Translations under genes and position numbers: made by a program
Notes under the pieces: generated by a model
Database searches by the model: none
What the model was told of the DNA's origin: nothing
What the model saw: only the letters and a program-made list of their open reading frames with translations
Assembly: GCA_963803435.1 (NCBI GenBank)
Contig: CAWDML010000001.1
Coordinates: forward strand, 2,912,001 to 2,976,000
Direction: 5' to 3'
DNA: 64,000 bases
Origin: an uncultured delta proteobacterium
Lineage (GTDB): Bacteria; Myxococcota; Kuafuiibacteriia; Kuafuiibacteriales; Kuafuiibacteriaceae
Shown here: positions 1-9,952 of the stretch, piece after piece
Numbering within the stretch: the first letter of the stretch is position 1
Layout: every line of letters starts with the position of its first letter

Positions 1-275
1 GTGACGCGCTTCTCGATCGCGTCGCGGTTGGGCAGGACCGCCAGGTACTTCCGCGCGTACGTGTTCTCGGCGTCGCTCCACGCCTGGACCTTCGGGTCGT
101 TCCAATCCTCGAGCCAGCGGTACTGCTCGGTGACGGAGAGTCCGTGGTGGGTGTCGGTCACCGGCACCGTCTCCGCCGCGGGCGGGACCTCCATGACCGT
201 GTGACCATTCGTCACGCACGCGGTCGCGAGCGGGGTGAGCAGGAGGATGCTGCGCAGCTTCACGATCGGGCCCAT
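1..275 (-). CDS. Prolyl oligopeptidase (S9A) family lipoprotein, N-terminal part; runs off the left edge
   Basis: Not in the ORF track. Manual minus-strand translation gives MGPIVKLRSILLLTPLATAC...VPVTDTHHGLSVTEQYRWLEDWNDPKVQAWSDAENTYARKYL, matching the POP N-terminal motif (V.D..HG..V.D.YRWLED), with a lipobox-like ATAC. Start is 275 (ATG) or 263 (GTG). Confidence 0.8.
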   Translation of the reverse strand, partial: MGPIVKLRSILLLTPLATACVTNGHTVMEVPPAAETVPVTDTHHGLSVTEQYRWLEDWNDPKVQAWSDAENTYARKYLAVLPNRDAIEKRV

Positions 276-324
276 AACGATCGGTTCCTATCCGAGTCAA
301 CGGGTGCTACGTCACGGAATTGTC

Positions 325-1773
325 ATGCGCTACCTCCATCCCGAGCGCGATTCGCGGCTCGAGCTCTCACTCGACGACGTTTTCCTCGTTCCTGACTACT
401 TCGATGGTCGTTCACGACTCGATGTCGACCTGACGCCCGCTGATTTTCCGGGCGGCTCCCATCCGATCGTCTCGGCCAACATGAACGCCGTGACCGGGAA
501 GCGCATGGCCGAGACGTTGGCGCGCTTCGGCGGATTGGGCGTCCTGCCCCAGGACATGGAGCTCCGCACCGTGGAGCGCATCGTCCAGCACATCAAGTCG
601 GCCGACACTCGCTACGACACGCCGCTCCAGGTGCAGCCGGAAGCGACGATCCGGGACGTGCTCGGGCTCATCCGCAAGCGCTCGCACGGTATGGTGATCG
701 TGGTCGACGAGGCGCACCGTCCGATCGGCCTCATCACCCACGCGGACCTGCGGGACCGCGATCAATACACGCCGGCGCACCGGGTGATGGCGCGACGCCT
801 GGCGGCGCTCCCCGCGGGCGCCACCAACCATGAGGCCTTCCTCTTCATGGAGCGCGAGCGCGTGAAGGCGGTGCCCGTGGTCGACGGCGAGGGCAGGCTC
901 ACCGGGATCCTCACGCGCGACGACGCGGTTCGTCTCGAGCTCCTCCGCCCCGCCCTCAACGCGAGAGGCGAGCTGATGGTGGCCGCCGCCGTGGGGATCT
1001 CGGCGCTGGCCGCCGAGACCGCCGGCGCGCTCCGCGAGATGGGCGTCGACCTGATCGTGCTCGACACGGCGCACGGGCATCAGCGCCGGATGGTCGAGGC
1101 GATCCGGGCCGTGCGCCAGGTGATCGGGCCGAGTCATCCATTGATCGCAGGCAACGTGTGCACGGCCGAGGGGACACGCGCCCTCATCGAGGCCGGCGCC
1201 GACGTGGTCAAGGTCAACGTCGGCCCGGGCGCCATGTGCACCACGCGCATGCAGACCGGCGTCGGGCGCCCCACCTTCAGCGCGGTGCACGCCTGCGCCG
1301 CCGAGGCGCGCCGGCTCGGCAAGCACGTGTGGGCCGACGGCGGCGTGCGCCACCCCCGGGACGTGGCGCTCTACCTGGCGGCCGGAGCGGCCCGCGTCAT
1401 GATCGGGACCGCGCTGGCCGGTACCTTCGAGAGCCCGGGGGACATCAAGGAGGACAAGGAGGGCCACCTCTACAAGGAGAACTATGGGATGGCCTCCGCG
1501 CGCGCCGTCCGCTACCGGACCGCGCAGCTCGACCCGTTCGAGCAGGCCAAGAAGGCGTTCTTCCGCGAGGGCATCTCCACTTCCCGCATCTATCTGCAGC
1601 CAGGACGCGAGAGCGTCGGCGACATCCTGATCGACGTGATCAGCGGGCTGCAATCTGCGTTGACGTACGCGGGTGCGCTCGACAACGAGCGGTTCTTCGA
1701 GCGCGCGGTGGTGGGTGTTCAGTCGACCGGCGGCTTCAACGAGGGCACACCGCACGGCCTCGAGCGCAGGTAG
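325..1773 (+). CDS. guaB1: GuaB1-type IMPDH/GMP reductase family protein with CBS pair
   Basis: [22 protein letters not shown] insert, DTAHGHQ, catalytic loop [30 protein letters not shown]. Start trimmed to ATG at 325. Confidence 0.85.
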   Translation: MRYLHPERDSRLELSLDDVFLVPDYFDGRSRLDVDLTPADFPGGSHPIVSANMNAVTGKRMAETLARFGGLGVLPQDMELRTVERIVQHIKSADTRYDTPLQVQPEATIRDVLGLIRKRSHGMVIVVDEAHRPIGLITHADLRDRDQYTPAHRVMARRLAALPAGATNHEAFLFMERERVKAVPVVDGEGRLTGILTRDDAVRLELLRPALNARGELMVAAAVGISALAAETAGALREMGVDLIVLDTAHGHQRRMVEAIRAVRQVIGPSHPLIAGNVCTAEGTRALIEAGADVVKVNVGPGAMCTTRMQTGVGRPTFSAVHACAAEARRLGKHVWADGGVRHPRDVALYLAAGAARVMIGTALAGTFESPGDIKEDKEGHLYKENYGMASARAVRYRTAQLDPFEQAKKAFFREGISTSRIYLQPGRESVGDILIDVISGLQSALTYAGALDNERFFERAVVGVQSTGGFNEGTPHGLERR

Positions 1774-2163
1774 CTACAGCCCCAGCACCTCGCGCACGAT
1801 CGCGGCGTTGCTCGGGTAGAGCCGCGCCGCCAGCGCGTGGATCGCCTCCTTGGGCAGACGCCCCAGCGCGTCGTGCACGCTCCCGTCCCGCCAGTCGACC
1901 AGCTCGTCGCCGTGGAGCGTGAACCACGCCTCGAGCGACTCGATCCGGGTCTGCTTCCACGCGATGGCGGGCTCCTCGATCACCGCGACCACTCCGCCCC
2001 GCCGGGAGAACGGATTCACCGCGGCGTTGAGGAGCTTCTCGATCACGTCCGGATCCAGCTCGGTCTGGATGAACCAGACGGCGTGATCCAGGAACTCTTG
2101 GCCGTTGTCCCAGATGAAGATCATGGGGTCAGCGTAGAGGTGAGGTCTGTCAAATCCGGTCAT
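1774..2163 (-). CDS. Hypothetical protein (129 aa)
   Basis: Natural-looking ORF filling the gap between guaB1 and the next gene; no motif recognised. Confidence 0.6.
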   Translation of the reverse strand: MTGFDRPHLYADPMIFIWDNGQEFLDHAVWFIQTELDPDVIEKLLNAAVNPFSRRGGVVAVIEEPAIAWKQTRIESLEAWFTLHGDELVDWRDGSVHDALGRLPKEAIHALAARLYPSNAAIVREVLGL

Positions 2164-2201
2164 ACCTGTAACCCCTCAAAATCCGGTGATACGCTGGGAA
2201 A

Positions 2202-5142
2202 ATGCGCGGCGCGGCCCTGGTGGCGATCGTCCTCGGGGCCTGCACGTTCCAGCGGGAGCCGTCGATCTCGCAGCCCAGCGACTGCACCGGCGCCCCCGAC
2301 GGCACCCGCTGTAACGATCACAGCCTGTGCACCTCGGGCGAGATCTGCTCGGGGGGCGCCTGTGTCGCACGCGCGATCGTCACCTGCCCCGCCCCGCTCA
2401 CGTGTCACACCGCTGGTACCTGCGATCCCACGACCGGCCTGTGCTCGGATCCGCCGGCGCCCGACGGGACGCTCTGCGACGACGGTGACCTCTGCACTGG
2501 CCAAGACGCCTGCCTCGCGGGGGTCTGCAGCGGGCCGCCGATCGCGTGCCAAGCGCGGGGCCCCTGCCACCTCCAGGGTGTCTGCGATCCGGCCACGGGC
2601 GCGTGCAGCGATCCGATCGCGGCCGACGGCGCGCGCTGCGAGGACGGCGACCTCTGCACGGCGAGGGACACCTGCAGCGCCGGCGTCTGCACGTCGGGTC
2701 CACCCGTCGACTGCGTCGAGACCCAGTGCACCGTCGGTACCTGCAGCCCCGACACCGGGAGGTGCATCGGCACGCCGATCGACGACGGCGCGCCCTGCGA
2801 CGATCAGAGCGTGTGCACCACCGGCGACGCGTGCCTCGACGGCGCTTGCACCGGAGAGGCCCTCCCCTGCGAGCCTGCGGATCCGTGCCGCGACGCGGTC
2901 TGCGACGCGGAGACCGGCTGTTCGATCACCGTCCGTCCCGACGGCGCCGGCTGCGACGACGGAAACGCCTGCACCGAGCACGAGACCTGCACCGGCGGGG
3001 CGTGCGGCGGCGGGAACGCGGTGACCTGCGTCGAGCGCGACGAATGCCACCTGGCGGGCACGTGCAATCCGGCCCGCGGCTGCGACGATCCGGTCGCCCC
3101 GGACGGTCAACTCTGCGACGACCGCGACCTCTGCACGTTCTCCGATACCTGCGTCGGCGGGGTCTGCACGGGCCAGCCGCTCACATGCGTGGCTCCCACC
3201 GAGTGCCACTTCGCCGGCGCCTGCGATCCTTCGACGGGCACGTGCTCGACCACGCAGCGGCCGAACGGTGCCCACTGCGACGACGCCGATCAATGTACGC
3301 GCACCGACGTCTGCTCGAACGGCCAATGCATCGGGACGGACCCGGTCGTCTTCGACGGGACCTGGTGTCAGGACGGCATCTGCTTCACCGACGTGGCCTC
3401 GAGCGCCGGCATCACCTGGACCTCGACCGCGGTCGAGTACCACGATGATCGGCGCCGGCGGCGCGTTCCTCGACTACGACGGCGACGGCAATCTGGACCT
3501 GTTGCTCGGCTCCGAGTCCGCCCGCCCCTCCCTGTTCCGAAACCTGGGGAACGGCACCTTTCAGGACGTCACCGTCCAAGCAAACCTCCCGCAGCTCTTC
3601 CTTCCCGATCGATTCATGGGCTTCGCGATCGCCGACTACGACAATGACGGCGATCCGGACGTCTATCTTCTCGCGTACGGGCCCAACATCCTGATGCGGA
3701 ACGACGGGAACGGCGCCTTCACGAACGTCACTCAGACCGCGGGCGTCGGCGACCCCTCCTGGAGCGCCGCGGCGGCGTTCGGCGACTACGACGGCGACGG
3801 CGATCTCGATCTCTACGTCGGCGACTACATCGCCGTCTCGAACTTCCCCAACCACGTGCCGTATCCGAACCGGCTCTACCAGAACCAGGGCAACGGGACG
3901 TTCACCGAGGTGGCTGCGCAGCTGGGCGTCGCCGGCGCCGGGACCACGCTGGCGGTCACCTGGACCGACTTCGACGGCGATCGCGACCCGGATCTCCTGG
4001 TCTGCAACGACTTCGGCTCGACGATCGAAGGCAACCACCTCTACCGCAACGATGGAGGGACGTTCACCGACGTGAGCTCTGCCTTGGGGATGGACGTGCA
4101 GATCTACTGCATGGGGATCACCGCGGGCGACTTCGATCGCGACGGTGACCTCGACTACTACTTCACCAACATCCGTAGGAACGCGCTGCTCGAGAACCGC
4201 GGCGCGGCCGGGTTCACCGACGTGGCCCTGGCGACCGGGAGCCAGCTCGAGTACGACCCGTGCTTCACGACGCTCTATAGCACCAGCTGGGGTGCCGGCT
4301 TTGCAGACTTCGACCTCGACGGCGACCTCGACCTGTACGTCTCCACCGGCTTCATCCCGGCGGCCTCGCACATCGCGAACGCGCGCACCACACCGAAGGT
4401 CCTCCTCGAGAACGACGGGATGGGTCGCTTCACGGACGTGCGCCAGTCGTCAGGTGTGGACGACAAGCGGATCGGAAGGGGCGCTGCCTTCGGCGACTTC
4501 GACCACGACGGTGACGTCGACGTGCTCCAGGTGAACATGGCCGGGTCGCCGCGGCTCTTCCGGAACGACTCGCCTCCCGCGGGGTCGCACCTGACCGTGG
4601 AGGTCCGCGGGCGGACGAGCACGAGGGACGCGATCGGCACCCGCTTGATCGCGGAGATCGGTCCGACTTCAATCGTCCGCGAGGTGAACCCGAACTTCTC
4701 GTTCGCCTCCTCGTCCGAGAAGACCGTGCACTTCGGGCTAGGACCCGTCGTCTCGGTCGATCGGCTCCTCGTTCGTTATCCGTCGGGCGTGGACCAGCGC
4801 CTCTATCAAGTGCCGGCCAACACGGCAATCCTCGTGGTCGAGCCGCGGGTGGTCATCGACCAGACGACGCTGACGCCGCCGTCCGCCCCGGCGGGGAGCT
4901 CCGTCAACGTCTCCTTCACGCTCCGCAACACCACGACGACGGCGACGATGATCTCCTGGAGTGTCCGCGTCGGTCCATCGCTCGGTCCGTCGGGCGCGAT
5001 CCTGGTGGGCGGCGCCGGCGTCCAGATGGTGACGACCGCGGTCACCGCACCGACTCCCTCCGGAACCGTCCCACTCTTCGTCACCATCGGCGATGGCGAA
5101 GGCGCGAACGATCAGACGCGGGCCTCCCTCACGGTCCAGTAG
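2202..5142 (+). CDS. Cysteine-rich repeat lipoprotein fused to FG-GAP/CRTAC1 (ASPIC/UnbV) domain; frameshift at ~3440
   Basis: Lipobox LGAC; seven C[DNE]D...CT...C repeats; many DxDGDGD FG-GAP motifs and an ASPIC/UnbV-like VHFGLG tail in the second frame. Removing one C in GAGTACCACGATG joins the frames (EY-TMIGAG). Confidence 0.8.
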
Positions 5143-5158
5143 GTGCTATTCAGGGCGC

Positions 5159-6643
5159 GTGCAGTTCGGCGCGTACGAATTGCTGGGACGGGTGGCGACC
5201 GGGGGATCGGCCCACATCTTCCTGGCAGGTCAACGGGCCGCTCGCGGATTCGAGCGCCTGGTCTGCCTGAAGACGCTGACGCCGGAGCGTGCCTCCGAGG
5301 AGGACTTCGTCCAGAGCTTCGTGGCGGAGGCGGAGATCGCGTCGCATATCCGCCATCCGAACTGCGTCAGCATCTTCAACGTCGGAGTCGAGCGCGGCGC
5401 CTATTTCATCTCGATGGAGTACATCCCGGGCGAGACGCTGTCCGCGCTGCTGTCGACGTGGCAACCGGCGAAGCCGCTGCCGGCGCCCGAGATGATCTCG
5501 ATCCTCGCCAGCGTCTGCGACGGTCTGCATTACGCGCACGAGCTCTGCGCACCCGACGGTCGAGCCTTCAACCTGATCCATCGCGACGTGTCGCCGCAGA
5601 ACATCATGATCTCGTACACCGGACAGACCAAGGTCCTCGACTTCGGGATCGCGAAGGCGGAGATGGAGCGGCGCGACACCAAGACCGGGATCGTGAAGGG
5701 CAAGGTTCGGTACATGTCACCCGAGCAGATCCTCTCGGGTCCGCTGGATCGTCGCAGCGACATCTACGCGCTCGGGCTGGTGATGTTCGAGTGTCTGACC
5801 GGCCGCATGCTCTTCGAGAGCTGCTCGCCGGCGCAGATCCAGTACAAGATGCTCCACGAGCGCGTCCCCAGAGTGCGCGACTTCCTGCCCTCGGTCGATC
5901 CGCAGCTCGACGCCATCTGCTACACGGCGCTCCAGTTCGACGCCAAGGGCCGCTATCCGACCGCGTACGTGCTGGGCCGCGAGCTGCGCAACTATCTCAA
6001 GCGCATCGACTTTGCTTCGGGGCGGGACCCGATCGCCGCGCTGATGCGGGATCGCTTCGGCGAGCGCGCGACCGATCGCTCCGGTTTGGTCGAGCGCGTG
6101 CTGGCCAACCAGTTCGACCTCGCCGAGATCCGGAGCGTGCTGGGCATTCGCCCGGTGATGGAGCTCGAATCTCCTCTTCGGCGAAGAGACGCCGCCCGAG
6201 GCCCCCAGGCTGGACTCCTTCGACGAGGACGCCACCGTCTTCGATCCGAACGCCTCGCCGGGGGACGGCCCGACGATCGACGAGACCGACGCCCCCGCCA
6301 TGTCGGGTCCGCAGCTACCTCCCCCGCCACCGCCCCCGCGATCCGCGAGCGCTCGAACCTCGAGCCCGTCGCTGCGCTCCCGCTGATCCCCGAAGAGGAC
6401 TTCGCGGACCAGACGCGGATGCACGATGACGCCGACGACACGCGCCCGATCCTCGACATCGAGGAGCTGCACGAGACGCCTCCCGAGGACACCAAGAAGG
6501 TGGGACAGGACGAGATCGCGGTCGGCCGCTCTCCGGGGATCGGCGCACGCACGGCGTTCCTGCTGTGGCTGTTCGGGCTCGTCCTCGGCATCGGGTTGGG
6601 GATCGCGGGTACGCTGTTGGTGCTGAACGCGCAGACTTCCTGA
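5159..6643 (+). CDS. Membrane-anchored Hanks-type Ser/Thr protein kinase
   Basis: HPNCV, IHRDVSPQN, DFGIAK, GKVRYMSPEQ, SDIYALG; C-terminal TM helix. Probable compensating indels at ~6169 and ~6335. Confidence 0.9.
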   Translation: MQFGAYELLGRVATGGSAHIFLAGQRAARGFERLVCLKTLTPERASEEDFVQSFVAEAEIASHIRHPNCVSIFNVGVERGAYFISMEYIPGETLSALLSTWQPAKPLPAPEMISILASVCDGLHYAHELCAPDGRAFNLIHRDVSPQNIMISYTGQTKVLDFGIAKAEMERRDTKTGIVKGKVRYMSPEQILSGPLDRRSDIYALGLVMFECLTGRMLFESCSPAQIQYKMLHERVPRVRDFLPSVDPQLDAICYTALQFDAKGRYPTAYVLGRELRNYLKRIDFASGRDPIAALMRDRFGERATDRSGLVERVLANQFDLAEIRSVLGIRPVMELESPLRRRDAARGPQAGLLRRGRHRLRSERLAGGRPDDRRDRRPRHVGSAATSPATAPAIRERSNLEPVAALPLIPEEDFADQTRMHDDADDTRPILDIEELHETPPEDTKKVGQDEIAVGRSPGIGARTAFLLWLFGLVLGIGLGIAGTLLVLNAQTS

Positions 6644-6681
6644 CTTAAGGCGTCGCGGGAACGTTCGATTCAGTCCACGCG

Positions 6682-7530
6682 ATGTTCGTGATCATTGGGG
6701 CTATCGTCGTCATCGGAAGCATCGTGGCCGGATACACGATGCACGGCGGCCAACTGCTCATCCTGTTTCAGATCACGGAGTTCATCATCATCGGTGGCGC
6801 CGCCATCGGCTCGCTGTTGATCTCGAACCCGCTGCCCGTGACGAAGGACCTGTTCAAGCGCGTGCTGGGCTCGTTCAAGAGCTCGTCGGTCGACGCCAAG
6901 GCCTACGAGGAGCTCCTCAAGGTGCTCTACAAGCTGGCGCAGGTGGCCCGCCGCGACGGATTCGTGGCGCTCGAGCAGCACTTCGAGAACCCGACGCAGA
7001 GCTCGATCCTGTCGAGCGCGCCGATCCTGATGGCGAACCACCACGCGGTCGAGTTCCTCTGCGACACGCTTCGCACGGTCTCCATCGGCGTCGATGCGTT
7101 CGACCTCGAGGAGTTGATGGACAAGGATCTGGAGACCATCCACCACGAGGAGATGCTGGCGCCCTCCGCGCTGACCACGCTCTCCGACTCGCTGCCCGGC
7201 CTCGGAATCGTGGCGGCGGTGCTCGGCGTCGTGATCACGATGGGCAAGATCGACCAGCCGCCCGAGGTCATTGGACACAGCGTCGCCGCGGCGCTGGTCG
7301 GAACCTTCATCGGCATCCTGCTCTGCTACGGGTTCGTCGGACCGCTCGCCAAGAATATCGAGCACCGGATCGACTCCGAAGGACAGTATCTGCTCTGCAT
7401 GAAGACGGGCCTCCTGGCGCTGGCCAAGGGAACGACGCCCGGCCTGGTCATCGAATATGCGCGCCGCGCGATCGCGCTGGAGAACCGGCCCTCGTTCGTG
7501 AACGCGGAAGCCATGGTCAAGAGCTCATGA
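6682..7530 (+). CDS. motA: Flagellar motor stator protein MotA
   Basis: Four TM helices; EFIIIGGAAIG, ARRDGFVALE, LPGLGIVAAVLGVVITM, ALVGTFIGILLCYGFVGPLA. Confidence 0.93.
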   Translation: MFVIIGAIVVIGSIVAGYTMHGGQLLILFQITEFIIIGGAAIGSLLISNPLPVTKDLFKRVLGSFKSSSVDAKAYEELLKVLYKLAQVARRDGFVALEQHFENPTQSSILSSAPILMANHHAVEFLCDTLRTVSIGVDAFDLEELMDKDLETIHHEEMLAPSALTTLSDSLPGLGIVAAVLGVVITMGKIDQPPEVIGHSVAAALVGTFIGILLCYGFVGPLAKNIEHRIDSEGQYLLCMKTGLLALAKGTTPGLVIEYARRAIALENRPSFVNAEAMVKSS

Positions 7531-8435
7531 CCAAGATCATCATCAGGAAAAAGAAGGTTCGCGGCCACGGCGGGCACCACGGCGGCGCTTGGAAGGTCGC
7601 CTACGCCGACTTCGTCACGGCGATGATGGCGTTCTTTCTGGTGATGTGGATCCTCGGCTTGAGCGAAGACACCCGAAAGGCGATCTCGGGCTACTTCACC
7701 GAGCCGGGCCTCTTCAGCTTCACCACGGGCAAGGCGCTGCCGATCGAGGTCGTCCCCTCGCAGTCGCGCTATCGCTCCACGACCGAGGGTCCCGACGGAG
7801 CCGCCGCGGGACAGCTGGTCCCCAACCGCCAGAAGCTCGCCAGCGCCGGCGAGCAGATCCAGGAGACGCTCAAGAAGCTGGGCGCGAACGACGACGCCAT
7901 GCGACGGCTCCTCGAGTCCGTCAGCGTGACGATCACCGGCGAAGGGCTGAGGATCGAGCTCGTGGAGGGCGAGCGATCCGGTTTCTTCGACGTCGGCGGT
8001 GCCAAGCCGAACGATCCAGCGATCAGGATCCTCTCGGCGCTGGCGCCTCAGCTCGCGAAGCTCGGACAGCCGATCCGGATCGAAGGACACACCGACAGCC
8101 GGAAGTTCGTCTCCAGAAAGGGCACCTACGGCAACTGGGAGCTCTCGACCGATCGCGCCAACGCCGCGCGGAGGATCCTGCTCACGAACGGGGTCAAGGA
8201 CGATCAGATCGACTCGGTGGTCGGCTACGCGGCCAATCAGCTTCGCAACCCCCAGGATCCGCTCTCGATCTCGAACCGCCGCGTCTCGATCCTGGTCCGT
8301 GAGACCCCGGCGCCCAAGGGCGACAAGAACGAGAACGCGGTCCCTCCGGTCATCTCGATCGGTGACCTCGACGGCGCCCTCAAAGGGGCGGCGCCGCGGG
8401 CCGGCTCCCCCGGGCCAGAAACACCACCGGGATGA
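7527..8435 (+). CDS. motB: Flagellar motor stator protein MotB
   Basis: GGAWKVAYADFVTAMMAFFLVMW with the ion-binding Asp; OmpA-like domain IEGHTD...NWELSTDRA...NRRV; ATGA overlap with motA. Confidence 0.93.
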   Translation: MTKIIIRKKKVRGHGGHHGGAWKVAYADFVTAMMAFFLVMWILGLSEDTRKAISGYFTEPGLFSFTTGKALPIEVVPSQSRYRSTTEGPDGAAAGQLVPNRQKLASAGEQIQETLKKLGANDDAMRRLLESVSVTITGEGLRIELVEGERSGFFDVGGAKPNDPAIRILSALAPQLAKLGQPIRIEGHTDSRKFVSRKGTYGNWELSTDRANAARRILLTNGVKDDQIDSVVGYAANQLRNPQDPLSISNRRVSILVRETPAPKGDKNENAVPPVISIGDLDGALKGAAPRAGSPGPETPPG

Positions 8436-8504
8436 CCAGGAGAGGATCCACCGCACGTCCAAGGCGCTCCAGCCCGCGTGAATGAGGCCCGGGTCAGACC
8501 GACG

Positions 8505-9281
8505 TCAGCGCGCGCGGCGCGAGCTCTTTCTCGGCGCGGGGCCCAGGTACTCCACCGACTCGGCCGGCAAGGTCCTCAGGACCTGTTGCGCGGAGCCCTC
8601 CGCCGCGTTTGCGACGGTGACCGGCTGCCAGAGCGCGGTCGCGAGCAGACCGACGTGCTCCGCGTCGAAGCCGAGATCGAGGCAGGCGGCGGCGAACACG
8701 ATCGAGATGTTCGGCTCGACGCTTCGCTCGGCGCGCATCAGCGCGATCAACCGCTGCGTCATCCTCCAGTATGGGAGGCCGCCACGTCCGCGCGCATCGA
8801 TCCGCTCCGACAGTGCGATCACCCGCTCGTCCCGCCCGCGCGCCGGGACACCGAAGCCCAAGAGCCGGCCGCCCTTCCCCAGCTCGGCCGCCAGCTCCTC
8901 GGCGAGGGCCTCGGCCGCCGGATCATCGCCGCGGCGTGCCCGGATCTGCTGGAGCCATCGGGCCGGCCCCTGGGTGGTCCACGACCCGATCATCGCCTCG
9001 TCCATCGCGTACGTGGCCGCGGCGACGCCCGCGAGGCTGCTGCCGTAGGCCGAGGCCACCCGGACCAGCTTGCAAGGCCAGATTCGCGGATCGGCCACGG
9101 CGACCACCACCGCGAGGTCGTCGAGCATCGCCGCCTCTTCGGGGGTGCGGCGGCGTCCGTCCAGCGCGAGCGCGAGCAGGGAGGCGACGGACTCGCTGCC
9201 GAGCAGCTCCCGATACAGCGAGGCGCCGCGGAACCGGTGGTCGTCGAAGCCGGCGTCTCCGACGCGCGTCTCGATCTTCAT
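8505..9281 (-). CDS. Citrate synthase/citryl-CoA lyase-fold protein, active site divergent
   Basis: MKIETRVG..HRFRG, ADPRIW, GRLLGFGVPARGRDER (cf. GFGH...DPR), EPNIS (cf. PNVD). Start trimmed to ATG at 9281. Confidence 0.65.
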   Translation of the reverse strand: MKIETRVGDAGFDDHRFRGASLYRELLGSESVASLLALALDGRRRTPEEAAMLDDLAVVVAVADPRIWPCKLVRVASAYGSSLAGVAAATYAMDEAMIGSWTTQGPARWLQQIRARRGDDPAAEALAEELAAELGKGGRLLGFGVPARGRDERVIALSERIDARGRGGLPYWRMTQRLIALMRAERSVEPNISIVFAAACLDLGFDAEHVGLLATALWQPVTVANAAEGSAQQVLRTLPAESVEYLGPAPRKSSRRAR

Positions 9282-9952
9282 GGCTCGCGGTACTCGAACT
9301 CCGGAAGCCGGAGCGGATACTCGTTGAAGGAGACGGGTCGCGCCTCGATCCCCTCCGCCAGCGACGCCGGGAGCGACGCGACGGCGAGCGCGGCCACCAG
9401 GCGCTCGACCGAGTCGAGCCCGCACCAGACCAGCACCGAGATCAGCGCGGCGGTGCGCGAGAGCGGAGCCGCCACGCAGGCAGGCGCGCCGTCGCCGATC
9501 GCAGCCGCCAGCGCGGCGCGCGACCGTTCGTCCTCCGGTGCGTTCGAGACGTACGCCGCGGGGGGCTCCCCCTCCCCGAGCTGCGCCCACGCGATCAGGT
9601 CACGGTGGGCGGCGACCACCGAGGCCGCGCGTTCCGCGGCTGCGATCGCGGTGGTTCCGACCAGCGGTGCCGGCGCCGCGCCGCAGATCCGCGCCAGCAC
9701 CGCCGCGTGGGCCGGCGCCTCCGCGACCGAGATCGCCGAGAGGAACGTCATCGACGCCTCGAACGCACGACCGCGCGCGCGATCGGGCTCGCGACCCGTC
9801 AGCGCCAGCAGGACGACCTCGGCGAAGGTGAAGCTGGGCGCCAGATCGCGCTCGACATCGAACCCGTAGAGGAGCGGATCGGGGCCGGGCCTGACCGCGC
9901 GCGCCGCCAGTCGATCCGGGCAAGGGAGGAGGTAGGCGGGGCCTTTCGTCAT
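9278..9952 (-). CDS. Second, shorter citrate synthase-like protein
   Basis: LYGFDVERDLAPSFTFAEVVLLALTGREP and EAPAHAAVLARICG resemble the N-terminal citrate-synthase segment; ATGA overlaps at both ends. Confidence 0.55.
   Translation of the reverse strand: MTKGPAYLLPCPDRLAARAVRPGPDPLLYGFDVERDLAPSFTFAEVVLLALTGREPDRARGRAFEASMTFLSAISVAEAPAHAAVLARICGAAPAPLVGTTAIAAAERAASVVAAHRDLIAWAQLGEGEPPAAYVSNAPEDERSRAALAAAIGDGAPACVAAPLSRTAALISVLVWCGLDSVERLVAALAVASLPASLAEGIEARPVSFNEYPLRLPEFEYREP

Noticed and set aside
6682-8435. motAB as Zorya ZorAB anti-phage motor
   Set aside because: MotA is normal length with no long cytoplasmic tail, the motifs are canonical flagellar, and no zorC/D/E-like genes follow.
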